The notes under the pieces are model-generated. The model saw only the letters and a program-made list of their open reading frames with translations, was not told where the DNA came from and did not search any database. From contig CAVVHE010000004.1 in the NCBI GenBank assembly GCA_963748015.1, forward strand, positions 352,001 to 416,000: a stretch of DNA of 64,000 nt. Reading direction: 5' to 3'. Below, piece by piece: positions 61,564 through 64,000 of this stretch. The DNA comes from Terriglobia bacterium. GTDB taxonomy: Bacteria > Acidobacteriota > Polarisedimenticolia > Polarisedimenticolales > JAIQFR01. Every line of letters begins with the position of its first letter. Positions within the stretch are counted from its first letter, which is position 1. Both the position numbers and the translations under genes were made by a program.

Positions 61564-64000
61564 ATGGAAGATCATTCCCGCCGGAGGCGCGACGACGACG
61601 CGCTGCGCCGGCGAATACTGGCCGGGGTCCAGCGCCCCTCTCGGTACATCGGGGGGGAGTGGAACTCCCTCGTCAAGGACCACAGCGCGGTCGAGTTGAC
61701 CTTCGGGCTCGCCTTCCCCGACGTGTACGAGATCGGGATGTCCCACCTCGGGTTCCGGATCCTGTACTCGCTGCTGAACGCGCGCGAGGACACGGCGGCC
61801 GAGCGAGTGTTCTGTCCGTGGCCCGACATGGCCGAATCGCTGCGCCGCCACCGGCTTCCGCTCGCGACGCTCGAGACCGGAACGCCGCTGAGCGATCTGA
61901 CGGTCGTCGGCTTCTCGCTCCAGTACGAGATGACCTACACCAACGTGCTGGAGATGCTCGATCTCGGCGGCATCCCGAAGCGCGCCGCCGACCGGGGCGA
62001 GGGCGACCCGCTCGTGATCGCCGGCGGCCCGGTCGCGTTCAACTGCGAGCCGCTCGCCGATTTCCTGGACCTCGTGCTGGTCGGCGACGCCGAGGAGGCG
62101 CTGCCCGAGCTCCTCGACCGGCTGCGGGAGCTGATCCGGCTCCGCGCCACCCGGGAGGAGCGGATCCGCGAGCTCTCGCGCCTCGAGGGGATCTACGCTC
62201 CGGCGTTGTACCCGCTCGAGACCGAGCCCGGCAGCGGCCTCGTCGTTCCCGTGGACGGCGGACAGGCGCCTTGGCCCGTGCGTCGCCGCATCGTGCTCGA
62301 CCTCGATCGCTTCCCGTTCCCGGACCGGATCGTGGTCCCGCACGGGGAGATCGTGCACGATCGCGTTTCCGTGGAGCTGATGCGGGGTTGCCCCGTCGGC
62401 TGCCGGTTCTGCCAGGCGGGGTACGTCTACCGTCCGACCCGCGAGCGGGATCCCAACCAGGTGCGCGACACGGTGATCCGCTCGATCCGGGCCACGGGGT
62501 ACGACGAGTTCTCGCTCGCCTCCCTCAACACCGGCGAGTACGGCGCGGTGCGTCCGCTCCTTCTCGACCTCATGGGCCGTTTCGAGCCGGAATCGGTGTC
62601 GGTCTCCCTCTCGTCGCTGCACGCCTCCACGATGACGCGCGAGCTGGCCGAGCAGGTCCGTCGCGTCCGGAAGTCGGGTTTCACCATCGCCCCCGAAGCG
62701 GGGACGCAGCGCCTGCGGGACGTCGTGAACAAGAACCTGACCGAGGATCAGATCCTTGAGGCGTGCCGGCTCGCGTTCGAGGCCGGATGGGACGCGATCA
62801 AGCTCTACTTCATGATCGGTCTCCCCACCGAGACGGATGCCGACGTGGACGGCATCGCGGATCTCTCGCACAAGATCCTCGAGACCGCGCGAAGGGCCGC
62901 CGGGAAACGCCGCACCGAGATCACCGTTTCGGCGTCGTCGTTCGTACCCAAGGCGTTCACGCCGTTCCAGTGGATGGGCATGGACCGGCTCGACAGCCTG
63001 CTGCGCAAGCAGGAGCGGATCGCGGCCAGGTTTCGCCGCGGGATCCGGTTCAAGCGGCACGGGGGAGAGACGAGCTTCCTCGAAGGCGTGTTCTCGAGGG
63101 GCGACCGCGCTCTCGGCCGGGTCCTCGAGAGAGCCTGGCGGGAGGGAGCGCGCTTCGACGGATGGGCCGAGCACTTCCGCTTCCCGGTGTGGCGGGAGGC
63201 GTTCCTCGCGGAAGGGATCGATCCCGAGCGTTACGCGCACGCGAGTTGGGATCCTGCCTGGCGACTGCCGTGGGACGTCACGGACTCGGGGGTGGACAAG
63301 GATTGGCTCGCCCGCGACCTTCGGCGCGCGCTCGCCGGGGAGACCCTCGACCCCTGCGGGCCGAAGGCGTGCCGGGCGTGCGGGGACTTCGCGCGCGAGT
63401 GCATCTCGGGGATCGTCGCCACGGGAACCGGGCGAGACCTCGACGGGTCGCTCCCGCTGCTAGGAACGCCCGCCGCGGCCGGCCCGTCAGCCGCCGCTCG
63501 CGCCGCGGGGGAGCCTCCCCTCGCGCCCGCCGCGAACGGCAGCGAGGCGGAGGATGCCGAGGAGGCGCCGCGGTACCGCTACCGCGCCCGGTTCTCGAAG
63601 ATCGGGAGCCTCCGATTCCTGGGCCATCTCGACCTGACCCGCGCGATCCTGCGGGGAATGCGCAGGGCCCGCTTGCCGCTCGTCTACTCCAAGGGGTTCA
63701 ACCCCAAGCCTCGCGTGTCGTTCGGTCCCGCGCTGCCCGTCGGCATCTCGTCCGAGGGGGAGTACCTCGATCTCGAGACGCATGCCCGTCTCGACGCCGA
63801 AGACGCGATCGCGCGGCTCAACGCGTCGCTCCCCGCAGGGATCCGGTTCGGCGCCCTGCGCGAGATCCGCCGCGACGTGCCGGCCATCGGCGAGACGATC
63901 CGAGCGGCGCGCTACCTCGTGATCCTGGCGAACGGGCTCGACGCGGGGCAATCCCTCGAGTCCTTCCGGCGTCGCGGCAAGGTCACGGTCCGGCGGGAGC
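61564..64000 (+). CDS. TIGR03960-type B12-binding radical SAM protein fused to a TIGR03936/DUF2344-type domain; runs off the window end (absent from the ORF track)
   Basis: Frame 1 stays open from ATG 61564: 'RPSRYIGGEWN', 'FPDVYEIGMSHLG', 'RGCPVGCRFCQAG' (CxxxCxxC), 'APEAGTQRLR', then 'RYRARFSK.G.LRFLGHLD...YSKGFNPKPR'. Confidence 0.92.
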   Translation, partial: MEDHSRRRRDDDALRRRILAGVQRPSRYIGGEWNSLVKDHSAVELTFGLAFPDVYEIGMSHLGFRILYSLLNAREDTAAERVFCPWPDMAESLRRHRLPLATLETGTPLSDLTVVGFSLQYEMTYTNVLEMLDLGGIPKRAADRGEGDPLVIAGGPVAFNCEPLADFLDLVLVGDAEEALPELLDRLRELIRLRATREERIRELSRLEGIYAPALYPLETEPGSGLVVPVDGGQAPWPVRRRIVLDLDRFPFPDRIVVPHGEIVHDRVSVELMRGCPVGCRFCQAGYVYRPTRERDPNQVRDTVIRSIRATGYDEFSLASLNTGEYGAVRPLLLDLMGRFEPESVSVSLSSLHASTMTRELAEQVRRVRKSGFTIAPEAGTQRLRDVVNKNLTEDQILEACRLAFEAGWDAIKLYFMIGLPTETDADVDGIADLSHKILETARRAAGKRRTEITVSASSFVPKAFTPFQWMGMDRLDSLLRKQERIAARFRRGIRFKRHGGETSFLEGVFSRGDRALGRVLERAWREGARFDGWAEHFRFPVWREAFLAEGIDPERYAHASWDPAWRLPWDVTDSGVDKDWLARDLRRALAGETLDPCGPKACRACGDFARECISGIVATGTGRDLDGSLPLLGTPAAAGPSAAARAAGEPPLAPAANGSEAEDAEEAPRYRYRARFSKIGSLRFLGHLDLTRAILRGMRRARLPLVYSKGFNPKPRVSFGPALPVGISSEGEYLDLETHARLDAEDAIARLNASLPAGIRFGALREIRRDVPAIGETIRAARYLVILANGLDAGQSLESFRRRGKVTVRRE

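Overview
A 64 kb, very GC-rich bacterial chromosomal segment that looks mostly like core genome. The TPR-TonB-ExbB-ExbD-ExbD operon and the style of the secreted proteins suggest Acidobacteriota (inference only). It holds about 50 CDS and one tRNA-Thr(CGT); I found no rRNA, CRISPR array, integrase or transposase. The content points to peptide and amino-acid catabolism: M20, S41, M28 and M16 peptidases, three APC permeases, a 2-oxoacid:ferredoxin oxidoreductase behind a sigma54-type promoter, and a divergent membrane pyrophosphatase. Housekeeping genes include nadA, dxs, dgt, ppiD, mreBCD-mrdA-rodA and a TIGR03960/TIGR03936-type radical SAM fusion. The best candidate for an undescribed system is the cluster at 40511-48418: CoA-transferase-GNAT fusion, acetate-type AMP ligase, stand-alone acyl carrier protein, two Kbl-type PLP enzymes and an acylating aldehyde dehydrogenase. 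This suggests carrier-protein-dependent acetyl/glycine chemistry. Also notable are several structured intergenic palindromes. One is an exact 32-nt core present twice in opposite orientation, each copy with its own unrelated perfect inverted arms; another is a two-copy hairpin family with compensatory changes. A secreted Ig-like repeat protein has a Cys-terminated C-terminal module that may be a sorting signal. Six single-base indels disrupt three otherwise intact genes and may be sequencing errors.
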